Assembly (NCBI GenBank): GCA_046540815.1
Contig: JBKHEM010000001.1
Location: 3,040 to 67,039, forward strand
Source of the DNA: Salinivenus sp.
Lineage (GTDB): Bacteria > Bacteroidota > Rhodothermia > Rhodothermales > Salinibacteraceae
Reading direction: 5' to 3'
Length of the DNA: 64,000 bases
The notes beneath the pieces are model-generated. The model had not been told where the DNA came from. It was given only the letters and a program-made list of their open reading frames with translations, and searched no databases. A program made the translations under genes and the position numbers. Positions 50,818 to 62,233 of the stretch are shown one piece after another; the first letter of the stretch is position 1; each line of letters starts with the position of its first letter.

Positions 50818-51777
50818 ATGAGCCGACGCGTGATTATCGACACGGACACGGCGGGGGACGACGTGCAGGCGATCCTCTTCAGTTGTCTTACGGATCGGGT
50901 GGCGGTGGAGGCCGTCACGATCGTGGCCGGAAATGTCCCCTTCGATACCCAGGTCGAAAACGCGAAGTATGCATTGTCGCTGGCAGGAGCGGAGGCGACG
51001 CCCGTCTACGAAGGTGCAAGAACGCCGCTGCTGAAAGACTTTCACCACGTAGAGCACATTCACGGGGAGGGCGGAATGGGTGGGGCGCCCGTTCCGGAGA
51101 CGGGAGTTCCGTCGGCCGAGGGATTTGCGCCGAATGAGATTGTTCGGCGGTGTCGGGCCGCGCCGGGCGAATATACGCTTCTTTGCATTGGGCCCCTCAC
51201 AAATGTTGCGCTTGCGCTCGCGGAAGAACCGGCCCTGCCGTCGCTCGTCGACGAGGTCTGGATGATGGGTGGGGCTGTGCACTGTGTGGGCAATGTGACC
51301 CCCGCGGCGGAGTACAACGTCTGGGTCGATCCGGACGCGGCGAAGCGGGTTTTTGAGGCCTTCGAGGTCACGCTCGTGGACTGGGGACTGTCGCTGCGGG
51401 CCTCGGTGCTGCCGCCGACCAAGGTGGAGGCGGTTCGGGACATGGATACGCCTCTGGCCACTGCGATGGCCCCCATCCTTCGGGCCGTTCACGAATTTAC
51501 GCGTAGCGAGCAGGGGATCGACGGGGTGCCACAGCCCGACTCCCTCACCGCGGCGCTGTTGGCTTATCCAGAGCTTCGGGGCAAGCAGGCACCGTATCCG
51601 GTGGCGGTGGATGCACGCGGCGGCCTCACCCGAGGCTATCTGAGCGTCGACGTGGACGGGGTGACCGGGGACGAGCCGAAGACCCGTGTTGTAGAGTCGG
51701 CCGATACGGACACCTTCTGTGACATGGTGCTGGCCCTGCTTCGAGATCGAAATCCCGATCGAGTGGAGACGAAGTAA
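50818..51777 (+). CDS. nucleoside hydrolase (IU-NH family)
   Basis: IIDTDTAGDD, VAGN, IHGEGG, IGPLTN, GNVTPAAEYNVWVDPDAA. Confidence 0.92.
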   Translation: MSRRVIIDTDTAGDDVQAILFSCLTDRVAVEAVTIVAGNVPFDTQVENAKYALSLAGAEATPVYEGARTPLLKDFHHVEHIHGEGGMGGAPVPETGVPSAEGFAPNEIVRRCRAAPGEYTLLCIGPLTNVALALAEEPALPSLVDEVWMMGGAVHCVGNVTPAAEYNVWVDPDAAKRVFEAFEVTLVDWGLSLRASVLPPTKVEAVRDMDTPLATAMAPILRAVHEFTRSEQGIDGVPQPDSLTAALLAYPELRGKQAPYPVAVDARGGLTRGYLSVDVDGVTGDEPKTRVVESADTDTFCDMVLALLRDRNPDRVETK

Positions 51778-51825
51778 AAAAAGAATCCTGCGGCCCGGGT
51801 CTCTCTTGTCGCGCACGGGCAAAAG

Positions 51826-51865
51826 AAAAAGGCTGCCCCTCCCGTAGGGGAGAGGCAGCCTTTTT
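51826..51865. terminator. bidirectional intrinsic terminator
   Basis: AAAAAGGCTGCC-CTCCC-gta-GGGGAGAGGCAGCCTTTTT between convergent genes. Confidence 0.85.
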
Positions 51866-51913
51866 GTTGTTGTGCACGGGTTGCGCCCGGGGCGCGAACG
51901 TGCGAGGGTGGGG

Positions 51914-53623
<1,710 letters not shown>

Positions 53624-53662
53624 TCAGTACAGGTTGTCCGCAACCGCGATCGTCGCGGGGGC

Positions 53663-53953
53663 TTAGTCTTCGATAATGCCGAAGATGTCGCTCTCACGCA
53701 TGATCAAGTACTCGTCCCCGTCAAGCGTGACCTCGGTGCCGGCGTACTTGCCGTACAGGACTTCCTGTCCTTCCTCCACCGTCATATCAATCTTATTGCC
53801 GTTTTCGACACGGCCCGGTCCAACGGACTTGACGGTGCCCCTCTGCGGCTTTTCCTTTGCCGAATCCGGGATGTAGAGACCACTTTCGGTCGTTTCGTCC
53901 GCCGGTTTCGGCTGGACGACGACGCGGTCGCCGAGAGGTTTAATGTTCGTCAT
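53663..53953 (-). CDS. groS: co-chaperonin GroES
   Basis: [30 protein letters not shown]. Confidence 0.99.
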   Translation of the reverse strand: MTNIKPLGDRVVVQPKPADETTESGLYIPDSAKEKPQRGTVKSVGPGRVENGNKIDMTVEEGQEVLYGKYAGTEVTLDGDEYLIMRESDIFGIIED

Positions 53954-54004
53954 GATGCGTTCGGGGTAACTTTTGAGTGAGGTGCAAGTGAGACTTTGGC
54001 GCTG

Positions 54005-54031
54005 TTATCACTCGCCGGTGGTGAGTGATAA
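54005..54031. promoter_or_regulatory. CIRCE-like operator (HrcA site), variant
   Basis: TTATCACTC-N9-GAGTGATAA about 50 bp upstream of groS. Canonical sequence is TTAGCACTC-N9-GAGTGCTAA. Confidence 0.85.
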
Positions 54032-54119
54032 CAACTCCGGTACAAGCAACATGAGAGGGGACCCTGTGTTCCAGTAAAGCGCGGAGCAGGGGTGAAGATC
54101 GTTTAGCGATTTTCGATTC

Positions 54120-54680
54120 ATGAAGGCCGGTACATCCAAAGGGCCGGACGGTACCAATCCAATCGGTATGAGAGACGTCTCGCGTCAGTTTTCATCTGTT
54201 TGGAGAGGCCCTGGGAAGCGCACGAGGGTGTGGCTCGGCGCTGTGGCGTTGGCTACGGGACTTTTGGGACTGGCTCTGCTGCCGCCGGTTGTGTCTCCCG
54301 GTCTCCGCGCCGTTCTGATGGAAGGATTTTCGTCTGTGTGTCACCAGCTGCCCGATCGCTCCCCACATGTTCAGGGCATTGCCTTTGCGGTCTGCGATCG
54401 CTGTCTTGGGATCTACACGGGACTTGTACTTGGGACAGCGGTTACGGGATGGAGGTGGGCCGCGTGGGCGGCGGTGCGGCGCTGGGGCCTCCTGCCGCTC
54501 CTCCTCGTTCTCGTGCCGGTGGGGGTGGACTGGGTGGGACCGGTGCTGGGGCTGTGGGAGAGCACTCCCCTTAGTCGTGTCCTCACCGGGGGCCTGGCGG
54601 GCGTTGGGGGCGGGGCGTTCGTTGTGGATCGTGTCCTAGCCGCTGTATCGCCCGCGTCTCCCGGAAAGAGGGAGGCGTGA
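54120..54680 (+). CDS. DUF2085-like membrane protein
   Basis: VCHQLPDRS..AVCDRCLGIY motif and TM helices. Start uncertain. Confidence 0.8.
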   Translation: MKAGTSKGPDGTNPIGMRDVSRQFSSVWRGPGKRTRVWLGAVALATGLLGLALLPPVVSPGLRAVLMEGFSSVCHQLPDRSPHVQGIAFAVCDRCLGIYTGLVLGTAVTGWRWAAWAAVRRWGLLPLLLVLVPVGVDWVGPVLGLWESTPLSRVLTGGLAGVGGGAFVVDRVLAAVSPASPGKREA

Positions 54681-54781
54681 TGATGCTTTCGCTTAAGTTC
54701 TCTTTTCTGTACTTTTCCTCTCCTTGCGGCGCCCGGCCGACCCTCTCTCGTTTCGTCCTCTGAACCGAACTGGTTGCATTC

Positions 54782-55309
54782 ATGACGCCCCGCCAGCAGT
54801 CCATTCTCGTCGGTGCGGTGGTCACCGGCATCTTAAGCACATCCTACCTGAGCTTCATTAATGTGCTCTGTTGTCTTGGGGTCATGATTGGTGGGGCGGT
54901 GGCGGCCCAGCAGTACGCCACCCGCGCAGCGGGAGCCGGTACGAGCCCAGCGCTCAACGCGGCGGACGGGGCGGTGCTCGGCTCACTGGCCGGCGTAGGC
55001 GGCGCCATACTCGGTCCCCTGTTCGACTGGAGCCTGCGCCCGGTCGGCCTCGATTCGCAGACCATCTCCCAGGGCATGATGGAGGAGTGGATGCAGCGGA
55101 TGGAGGGACAGCAAATGTCGCCGGAGATGATGGAGCAATTTCAGGGAGAGGGCACCACACTGCTGTTCCTCGGCAGCATGCTCTTCAACATTGTCTTGTA
55201 CGCCATCTTTGGGGCGATTGGAGGGGCCGTTGGGGCGGCGATCTTTGGGGGAGACGAGCCCGATGGCGGCGGCGGGGTTCAGGTGGCCGAGGCGGAAGTC
55301 ATCGAATAG
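54782..55309 (+). CDS. hypothetical membrane protein
   Basis: Four Gly-rich TM segments, NVLCCL motif, Met/Gln-rich loop. Confidence 0.78.
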   Translation: MTPRQQSILVGAVVTGILSTSYLSFINVLCCLGVMIGGAVAAQQYATRAAGAGTSPALNAADGAVLGSLAGVGGAILGPLFDWSLRPVGLDSQTISQGMMEEWMQRMEGQQMSPEMMEQFQGEGTTLLFLGSMLFNIVLYAIFGAIGGAVGAAIFGGDEPDGGGGVQVAEAEVIE

Positions 55310-55323
55310 ACGGGCGGGCCTCG

Positions 55324-56439
55324 TTAGTCAAAAAGCGAGGGCTCAGTCTGCCGGCGGTCCAGTTCTTCAATCAGGCGTCGGTTGGCCCGGGGAAAGGCAT
55401 AGTCGTCCAGCTCGTCAATCGCGACCCAGCGAAACGGCTGGTCCTCGCGCGCCTTGGGACGGCCGTCCTCAATGTGGCACCGGAAGGCGTGGAGGGTGAT
55501 TTTGAAGTGGGAGTAGGCGTGGGAGAGCGTGTAGAACGGCTCTTCCACTGCAACGTCGATCCCCAGCTCCTCCCGCAGCTCGCGGCGACAGGCTGCCTCC
55601 ATGGATTCGCCCTCTTTCTGCTTGCCGCCGGGGAATTCCCAGAGGCCGCCGAGGAGGCCCTCGTCGGGGCGTCGTTGAATCAGGAGTTGGTCGTCGTCGA
55701 AGACGAGGCCGACGGCGATGTCGTGGTGCGGTACCGGCGTGGAGTCGGGCGTGATGGGGTAGTCTTCTTCGCGCCCGGCGGCGTGGGCCCGGCAGACGTC
55801 CTGAAGGGGGCAGCGGTCGCAGTGCGGCGTGCGGGGTGTGCAAACGAGGGCGCCCAGTTCCATGAGGGCCTGGTTAAAGTCCCCGGGCCGGCTCGGATCA
55901 AGAAGCTCGTTGGCCAAGTCCCGAAGGGCGTTCTGGGCAGCGGTGGTTGTGGCGTCTTCCTCAAGGGCAAAGACCCGAGAGAGCACGCGCGTCACGTTGC
56001 CGTCGAGGACGGCGTGCGGCTTTTTGTACGCGATGGAAAGGACGGCCGCGGCGGTATACGGGCCGATGCCCTTGAGGTCGCGGATGGTCTCCATCGTGTC
56101 GGGCACCGTGCCGTTATGTTCATCGACGACCGTCCGGGCTGCCTCGTGCAGATGTCGGGCTCGTGCGTAAAAGCCGAGGCCCTCCCAGTACTTCAGCACT
56201 GTGTCGCGGTCGGCCGAGGCGAGGGCGTCGACCGTCGGAAAGGCCTCGAGGAAGTGTGGGTAGTAGTCGCGGACCGTATCCACCCGTGTTTGTTGAAGCA
56301 TGATTTCGGAGACCCAGATGCGATAGGGGTCGTCCGTGTTACGCCAGGGCATCGAGCGCTTGTGCTCTTCGTACCAGTCGAGCAGGTCGGTGTGAAAGGC
56401 GTCGCGCTGGCGGTCGGTGGGGGACAGGGGGGGCGGCAC
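55324..56439 (-). CDS. mutY: A/G-specific adenine glycosylase with C-terminal Nudix domain
   Basis: WVSEIMLQQT, GLGFYARA, HhH motif LKGIGPYTA, LDGNV, Fe-S motif C-x6-C-x2-C-x5-C. Confidence 0.96.
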   Translation of the reverse strand: MPPPLSPTDRQRDAFHTDLLDWYEEHKRSMPWRNTDDPYRIWVSEIMLQQTRVDTVRDYYPHFLEAFPTVDALASADRDTVLKYWEGLGFYARARHLHEAARTVVDEHNGTVPDTMETIRDLKGIGPYTAAAVLSIAYKKPHAVLDGNVTRVLSRVFALEEDATTTAAQNALRDLANELLDPSRPGDFNQALMELGALVCTPRTPHCDRCPLQDVCRAHAAGREEDYPITPDSTPVPHHDIAVGLVFDDDQLLIQRRPDEGLLGGLWEFPGGKQKEGESMEAACRRELREELGIDVAVEEPFYTLSHAYSHFKITLHAFRCHIEDGRPKAREDQPFRWVAIDELDDYAFPRANRRLIEELDRRQTEPSLFD

Positions 56440-56476
56440 GGATATGGGGAGCAGAGCGAGAGAGAAACAGGTGGAG

Positions 56477-56860
56477 CTAGGACGACTGGACCTCTACACG
56501 TACGATCAGGGTGTCGGGGGCGGCGCCGGGCCGGCGGGCCTGCAGGGAAAGGTCCTGGGAGCCGGGGCTCACGTCGCGCGTGATCCAGGTAAGGGAGCGG
56601 CCCGCCACGCCGCTCAAAGCGGGGCCGCGGAGCATGCGATACGACCCAACGGTGGTTCCATCGATGGTGGTTGGCAGGGTTAAAATCAGAGGCTCGCCGG
56701 CAGTTACGGTGGCCTTCAGGGTGTCGGGCAAGTCGGTGGCGTGTGCAACTCGTGCGTGTTCTGGAGGTTGGAGAGCTTCGTGGGAAAGCAAGGGTTGTCT
56801 CGCCCCGAGAAGGAGGAGGCCAATCCCGAGGGCGGCAGCCCCGACGATGCGTCGTGACAT
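56477..56860 (-). CDS. small exported hypothetical protein
   Basis: Signal-like N-terminus MSRRIVGAAALGIGLLLLGA, followed by a beta-rich, Ig-like C-terminal part. Confidence 0.6.
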   Translation of the reverse strand: MSRRIVGAAALGIGLLLLGARQPLLSHEALQPPEHARVAHATDLPDTLKATVTAGEPLILTLPTTIDGTTVGSYRMLRGPALSGVAGRSLTWITRDVSPGSQDLSLQARRPGAAPDTLIVRVEVQSS

Positions 56861-56880
56861 GCAGCAGGGGAGACGCGGCA

Positions 56881-58668
56881 ATGAACAGTACACGCATCCT
56901 TCTATACCCGATGTTGGGTCCCGTGTTGCTCCTGCTGGCAAGTGGGACGGCACGGGTGTGGGCTCAGAGCGCCACGTCCACATCGGACGCTGCCCCCACC
57001 TGGGAACTCGTCGTAGATGGGTCCACAGTCGACTGGCCCGGGGCCCGTCCCACGGCCCCAATTGATAGTGCACGTGCCGTGGCCGAGCGGGTGCTGGATC
57101 GTCTGCGTCGGGAGGGGTACTACTACGCCCGGATCGATTCCGCAGACGTTGAGACGGCCGCGCGTCCACCGACCGTTCGTCTGCATTCCCACCGCGGCCC
57201 GCGGGTCACAGTAGACTCACTTCGAATTGAGGGGGCCGACGCCGTCCCCCGCACGGAACTCCGTCGCCTGCTGCAGACCGAGGTCGGCCGGCCGCTGAAT
57301 CAAAAGCAGCTGGATGCCGACATTCAGGTGCTCCTCGACCGGTACGAGCGCGCCGGACATCCCCTTGCCGAAGTTCGCGTGGAGCAAACTGCGATTGACT
57401 CGACGCGCCGCTCACGTCTGCGCCTCGTTCTGCACGTGGACGAGGGCCCGGGCCTCTGGCTGAAGGACGTGGAGCCCGGAGAAGGGGCCCGCACCCACGG
57501 AGATCTACTGGCACACCTTGCCGGACTCACAGTTGGGGATTCCCTCACCAATTACGACCCGAAGGCGGTACGGGAGCGGGTCGCGCAAAGCCCTCTCTTC
57601 CGAGAGGTAGGGCCTCCCGATTTACGCGTGGGGCCGGAGGGCGGGGCCACCCTCCGGATTCCTGTGGACGAGGCGCCCCCCGGCTCGTTCGACATTGTCT
57701 TGGGATACCTCCCGGCGTCAGCCGGACAGAGCGGCCAATTCATCGGCAGCGGTCACCTGCTCCTGGAGCACCTCTTTGGCGGCGGGCGACAGGTCGACCT
57801 CACCCTCGACCGTCGGCCCGGTCGGGCCAGTGTCTTCGACCTCTCGATCGCGGACCCGTTTGTCTTCGACGTGCCCCTCCGGATCGAGGGGGACTTTCGG
57901 GGTGAGCAGCGTGATTCGACGTTTGGCGAGCGCCGCTACGGAGGAGAGGTGGGATACCGCTTCGAGGGTGGGGTGGAGTTGGTCGGCAGCCTAAATCGCG
58001 AGGTTGTGCAGCCGGGGCCCGTTGGGGCCGAGCTGCAGGGCGACCGGCAGCGCATCGCCCAGACGCGCACGCTCTTTTATGGCGTTGGGGTGCGCTACGA
58101 AACCCTGCGGCGGCCCGTCAATCCGCGCCGGGGCATTCGGCTGGACATCCAAGCGGAGCAGGGGCAATCGGAGCGCACCCTCCGGCGACGGACGGCGGAC
58201 GGTGACACCACCCGCGTGTCCAAGGCGCTGCGACAGGAGCGCCTCCATGCCACGGTCCGGACGTACTTGCCCCTGTTTGTGCGACAGGTCCTGGTAGTTG
58301 GAGCAGACGGGGCCGTGCTCCGAAGCGAGACGTACGACCGGAGCGACCTCTTCCGGTTCGGGGGGGCGACCTCCCTTCGGGGCTACGACGAGGATCGATT
58401 TCTGGGACACGTAACGGCTCGCGGCCTGCTGGAGTACCGTCTCCTCCTCGACCGCCGGTCCTACGCGTACGCGTTCGGAGACCTTGGATACATCGAGCGG
58501 CCCCCCCTGCAGGAGGCCCCACCGCAGCAGTCGTGGCGGCCCGGATACGGACTCGGCGTGCAGGTGCAGACCGGCATCGGGCAGGTCCGCGCCAGCTATG
58601 CCCTCAATCCCGAGGTGGCCACCCCCGCCGATGGTCGGGTGCACGTGGGGCTGTCCGTTTCGCTCTAG
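56881..58668 (+). CDS. Omp85 (BamA/TamA family) outer-membrane protein with POTRA domains
   Basis: POTRA-like repeats (LRREGYYYA, YERAGHPLAEV), FRFGGATSLRGY, C-terminal beta-strand. Confidence 0.85.
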   Translation: MNSTRILLYPMLGPVLLLLASGTARVWAQSATSTSDAAPTWELVVDGSTVDWPGARPTAPIDSARAVAERVLDRLRREGYYYARIDSADVETAARPPTVRLHSHRGPRVTVDSLRIEGADAVPRTELRRLLQTEVGRPLNQKQLDADIQVLLDRYERAGHPLAEVRVEQTAIDSTRRSRLRLVLHVDEGPGLWLKDVEPGEGARTHGDLLAHLAGLTVGDSLTNYDPKAVRERVAQSPLFREVGPPDLRVGPEGGATLRIPVDEAPPGSFDIVLGYLPASAGQSGQFIGSGHLLLEHLFGGGRQVDLTLDRRPGRASVFDLSIADPFVFDVPLRIEGDFRGEQRDSTFGERRYGGEVGYRFEGGVELVGSLNREVVQPGPVGAELQGDRQRIAQTRTLFYGVGVRYETLRRPVNPRRGIRLDIQAEQGQSERTLRRRTADGDTTRVSKALRQERLHATVRTYLPLFVRQVLVVGADGAVLRSETYDRSDLFRFGGATSLRGYDEDRFLGHVTARGLLEYRLLLDRRSYAYAFGDLGYIERPPLQEAPPQQSWRPGYGLGVQVQTGIGQVRASYALNPEVATPADGRVHVGLSVSL

Positions 58669-58698
58669 GGCCCTGTTCTGTCATCCTCCTCACACTTC

Positions 58699-59448
58699 AT
58701 GTCAATGACGACTAACTTCTACGCTCCGCCGTCGTCCATTCAAGGCCCTCGGGTGGTTCTGCCGTCGGACGAAGCCCGTCATGCCCGAGCGGTCCTTCGC
58801 GTGTCGGCCGGCGACCGGCTAACGGTGGTCGACGGAGAGGGCGGCTGGTACCGTGTTGACGTGCAGCACGCACGCGACGACCAGGTGGTGGGCCGAATCG
58901 TGGAGCAGCGGCAAGGTGTCGGGGAGCCGCCCGTGAAGGTGACGGTGGGCCTTGGGCTGCTGAAGAAACGGAAACGGTTCGAAACGTTTGTCGAGAAAGC
59001 TGTCGAGCTGGGCGTGCGGCGGGTTGTGCCCCTTCGCACGGCCCATACCGAAACCGACCGCTTCCGGCGCGAGCGCGTGCGAAAGAAGATGGTCGCAGCG
59101 CTCAAACAGTGCCGGCGGAGTCGGCTTCCGGCCCTGGAGCCCCCGCGGTCCGTTCACGAGATGCTTGAGCACCGCTCCGGCGGCGCCCGATTCATCTGTC
59201 ACGGAACGGGAGCGGACCAGACGCTTCCCGTGGCCCTGCAACAGAGCGACTCACTGGACCGCGTATCCATTTTGGTGGGACCGGAGGGGGGCTTTCACGA
59301 GGACGAGATTGAGGCCGCACGGGCGGCCGGATACGCCGTCGTGTCGCTTGGCGCCCGGCGCCTCCGTGCAGAAACTGCGGGCCTCCTGGCGGTGGCGGCC
59401 GCGGTGCACGGATTCGGGGGGGAAGAGCAGCCGTCTCCGGACGTATGA
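58699..59448 (+). CDS. rsmE: 16S rRNA m3U1498 methyltransferase
   Basis: HARAVLR, EKAVELGV, ALKQCRR, VGPEGGF, LGARRLRAETA. Confidence 0.95.
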   Translation: MSMTTNFYAPPSSIQGPRVVLPSDEARHARAVLRVSAGDRLTVVDGEGGWYRVDVQHARDDQVVGRIVEQRQGVGEPPVKVTVGLGLLKKRKRFETFVEKAVELGVRRVVPLRTAHTETDRFRRERVRKKMVAALKQCRRSRLPALEPPRSVHEMLEHRSGGARFICHGTGADQTLPVALQQSDSLDRVSILVGPEGGFHEDEIEAARAAGYAVVSLGARRLRAETAGLLAVAAAVHGFGGEEQPSPDV

Positions 59449-60083
59449 AAAACGAGCACAGCGGGAGCATGCCGGAGACGCGGACCGTTGGGCCGAGCGC
59501 TTTGTCAAAAAGACCTACACTCCCTGTGGCGTCCCTCGAAGAAACCTCGTTGTCGTCCGAGCAGCTGGTCGATGGTGTGTTGCTGAAAGCATTTCGGGAC
59601 GAGGTGCGGCTGCCCGATGGGGGCACGTCGGTCCGGGAATGGATCGACCATCCGGGCGCGTCGGCCATCGTTCCAATCTTCGAAGACGGCCGGACCCTCC
59701 TGGTGCGCCAGTTTCGCTATCCCCCGCGCCGGACCTTTCTGGAGGTCCCGGCAGGGAAGCTTGATGCGCCGGGCGAAGCGCCGGAGGCGGTGGCCGCACG
59801 CGAGCTGGAGGAGGAGACCGGCTGGCGTGCCGAGCGGTTTGAACGCCTCGGAGCCGCGTATCCATGCATTGGGTACAGCAATGAACGGATTCACGTGTTC
59901 GCCGCCTACGGCCTAACACGAGGCGAACAAGACCTGGCGGCGGGCGAGTTCGTAGAGGTGGTGCCGATGCCGTTGTCCGAGGCGGTGGACCGAGCCCGTT
60001 CCGGGGACTTGAAAGACATGAAAACCATCACGGCGCTCGTCTACGCCGCGGCCCACGCGAACGAAAGTCATCTCGCGTCGTAG
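59445..60083 (+). CDS. Nudix hydrolase (ADP-ribose pyrophosphatase-like)
   Basis: HPGAS, VRQFRYP, EVPAGKLD, ARELEEETG, DMKT. Confidence 0.9.
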   Translation: MKNEHSGSMPETRTVGPSALSKRPTLPVASLEETSLSSEQLVDGVLLKAFRDEVRLPDGGTSVREWIDHPGASAIVPIFEDGRTLLVRQFRYPPRRTFLEVPAGKLDAPGEAPEAVAARELEEETGWRAERFERLGAAYPCIGYSNERIHVFAAYGLTRGEQDLAAGEFVEVVPMPLSEAVDRARSGDLKDMKTITALVYAAAHANESHLAS

Positions 60084-60172
60084 GGGCATCTAGACGTACA
60101 ATCGTTATCCCGGAACGCGCTGTTGCGCGCCGGGGGTCAACCTATTTTTTCACAGAAGCGGACGGTGGAGAT

Positions 60173-60580
60173 ATGTTCACGTTCATGGTTGTGCTTGTCG
60201 CCCTCATCGCGGCGGTGCTCATCCTTGTCATTCTTCTTCAGAGTGGGCAGGGCGGCGGCCTGTCCGGCATCGCCCAGGGCGGTCCGGCCCGTCAGGTGCT
60301 AGGGACGCGCCAGGCGCCCGATACGTTGGAGAAGGCGACGTGGACCCTGGGGACAATCTTTATCACCATGTGTGTGGTGATGAACTTCTTTGTAGGCACC
60401 GACGAGCAGGGCAGCGTTATTCAGGATCGTGCCCGTCAGGGACAGACCGAACAGCAGCAGCCTGCTGAGTCGCCGGGGGCGGGGCAAGACGCCGCGCCGC
60501 TTCCGCAGGGAAGCGAAGAGGAAGGGGGCGGCGGACAAGGCGGTGAGCAGGAGGGAGGAGGCGGTTCAGGCGGCAACTAA
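60173..60580 (+). CDS. secG: preprotein translocase subunit SecG
   Basis: TM1-LLQSGQGGGLSG-loop-LEKATW-TM2 with an acidic tail. Confidence 0.93.
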   Translation: MFTFMVVLVALIAAVLILVILLQSGQGGGLSGIAQGGPARQVLGTRQAPDTLEKATWTLGTIFITMCVVMNFFVGTDEQGSVIQDRARQGQTEQQQPAESPGAGQDAAPLPQGSEEEGGGGQGGEQEGGGGSGGN

Positions 60581-60726
60581 GATTGTCGGGCGAACGCCCG
60601 CGGCTGGGGGAAAAGACCGTCCCGGGCCGCACCTGTGGAATCACCTCCCGAACAGGGAGACGCCCTACGGAGCACAAGGCCACTGGTGAGGGCTCCGAAG
60701 CCCTGCTTCTCAAAAGATCGTCCAAA

Positions 60727-60762
60727 CGAAAACGGCAGCCCCCGTCTGGAGGCTGCCGTTCG
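60727..60762 (-). terminator. terminator downstream of rnpB (possibly bidirectional)
   Basis: AACGGCAGCC-loop-GGCTGCCGTT flanked by A-rich sequence on the left. Confidence 0.7.
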
Positions 60763-60776
60763 TATAGAAGCGCGGT

Positions 60777-61202
60777 GTGTGCGGATCGGTAAGCCGAATT
60801 TGGTCTGCCTGTGCCGACGCCGCGTCGACGCGCACAGGGAGGACGTCATCTGTCTGGAACGGCCGTCGCCGACCGTTTCAAGCGGCCTACCTGCACCGAT
60901 GTTGGCGGGCCACCTTCGCGCCGAGGACCCAGCGCCCGGTGCGTCTTGGCCTTTCACCCCGTGAGGTTTGCCTGGCCGCTCCGGTCACCCGGAGCGCCGG
61001 TGCGCTCTTACCGCACCCTTTCACCCCTTACCCCGGCCCCTAAGGCCGGGGCGGGACTGCTCTCTGTTGCACGTGCTGTCGTGCCGGTCCGAGACCGGCG
61101 CGCCTTCCCGTTAGGAAGCACGGTGCCCTGTGGTGTTCGGACTTTCCTCACCACTTCTCCCGACAGCGGCCGGGAGCAGCGGAGCGACATCCGGACCCAC
61201 AC
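60777..61202 (-). ncRNA. rnpB: RNase P RNA, bacterial type A
   Basis: Minus strand has GAGGAAAGTCCGAAC, GCAACAGAGAGCAG, GGTGAAAGGGTGCGGTAAGAGCGCACC, GGCAAACCTCAC and 3' AAATTCGGCTTA. Termini pair as P1. Ends approximate. Confidence 0.95.
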
Positions 61203-61316
61203 ACATCTACAGCAAACGTCCGGGACGCGTCCGAGTTCGAGGGAAAGGCCAGGGCCGGCAAGTAAAAAAGCGCAGCGGCCGGGAGGCCATCTGCGCGGCG
61301 GGGCAAAGCGTCCTCG

Positions 61317-62093
61317 TTAGAGGTCCACCTTCTCTTTCATCTCGTCGATTGTCTCGTTGTAGAGGTCTTGGTCGACGATGATGCGTCCGGTGTGCTCGCA
61401 GGCGACAATGTTCTTTCGTTTGCGGATTTCGACCTGTCGCTGCGGGGGAACGGCGAAGCCGGCTGCGGCGCCGCGCTTGAGCGGGACCACGGCGCGTCCG
61501 TCGCGGAGGCGATCGCGGAGCTTCGAGTAGGCCTTGAGGTATCGGGAGCCGACCTCCTCCTCGGCTTCCTCGCGGATTTCTTCGAGCTTATCCTCTTCTG
61601 CCTCGGTGTCTTGTCGTACCTCCTCGAGCTGATCGCACTTCTCGTCGAGCACGTTTTCGAGGTCGTCGAGCCGCTCCTGCGTTTCATCGATGGCCGTCTG
61701 TCGGGCCTCGATGGTTTTCTCGGCTTTCTCGATCGTTTCGCGAGCTTCCGAAATGCGCTCCTTTTGGGCTTCAATTTCTTTCGTGAGCGCGTCGTACTCC
61801 CGGTTGTTGCGGACTTCGAGCTGCTGCTCTTCGTACTTTTCGATCAGGCCCTCGGCCTCTTTGATGTCGAGTTCGGCCTGCCGTTTGGCCACCTTGCTCT
61901 CCTGCACTTCCTCCTCATAGTTCTCGAGGCGCGTTTCGAGGCCGGCCTTTTCATCCTCAAGGTCGCGAATCTCCTCCGGCAGGTCGCCACGCAGCTTGTG
62001 AATCTGGTCGATGCGGTTGTCAATGTGTTGCAGCCGGACCAAGGCGCGAAGTTGGTCCTCTACAGAGGATCGTTTCTTTCGGGCTGTTGCCAT
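61317..62093 (-). CDS. coiled-coil / zinc-ribbon domain protein (DUF164 family)
   Basis: LVRLQHID, long acidic coiled coil, RNNREYDALTKEIE, VPPQRQVEI..CEHTGRII. Downstream of Nif3, as is typical. Confidence 0.88.
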   Translation of the reverse strand: MATARKKRSSVEDQLRALVRLQHIDNRIDQIHKLRGDLPEEIRDLEDEKAGLETRLENYEEEVQESKVAKRQAELDIKEAEGLIEKYEEQQLEVRNNREYDALTKEIEAQKERISEARETIEKAEKTIEARQTAIDETQERLDDLENVLDEKCDQLEEVRQDTEAEEDKLEEIREEAEEEVGSRYLKAYSKLRDRLRDGRAVVPLKRGAAAGFAVPPQRQVEIRKRKNIVACEHTGRIIVDQDLYNETIDEMKEKVDL

Positions 62094-62233
62094 AAATGGG
62101 GGGTTAGAGATCGTTCGAACGCCGGTGAACGCCATTTAGTGAGTACATTCCGGGCAAACGAAAGTTCGTTGCCCGTCTCGGGGATCCTTCCATTTCGTGC
62201 AAAGATATGTCGGAGATCGATTGTAGGGGGATC

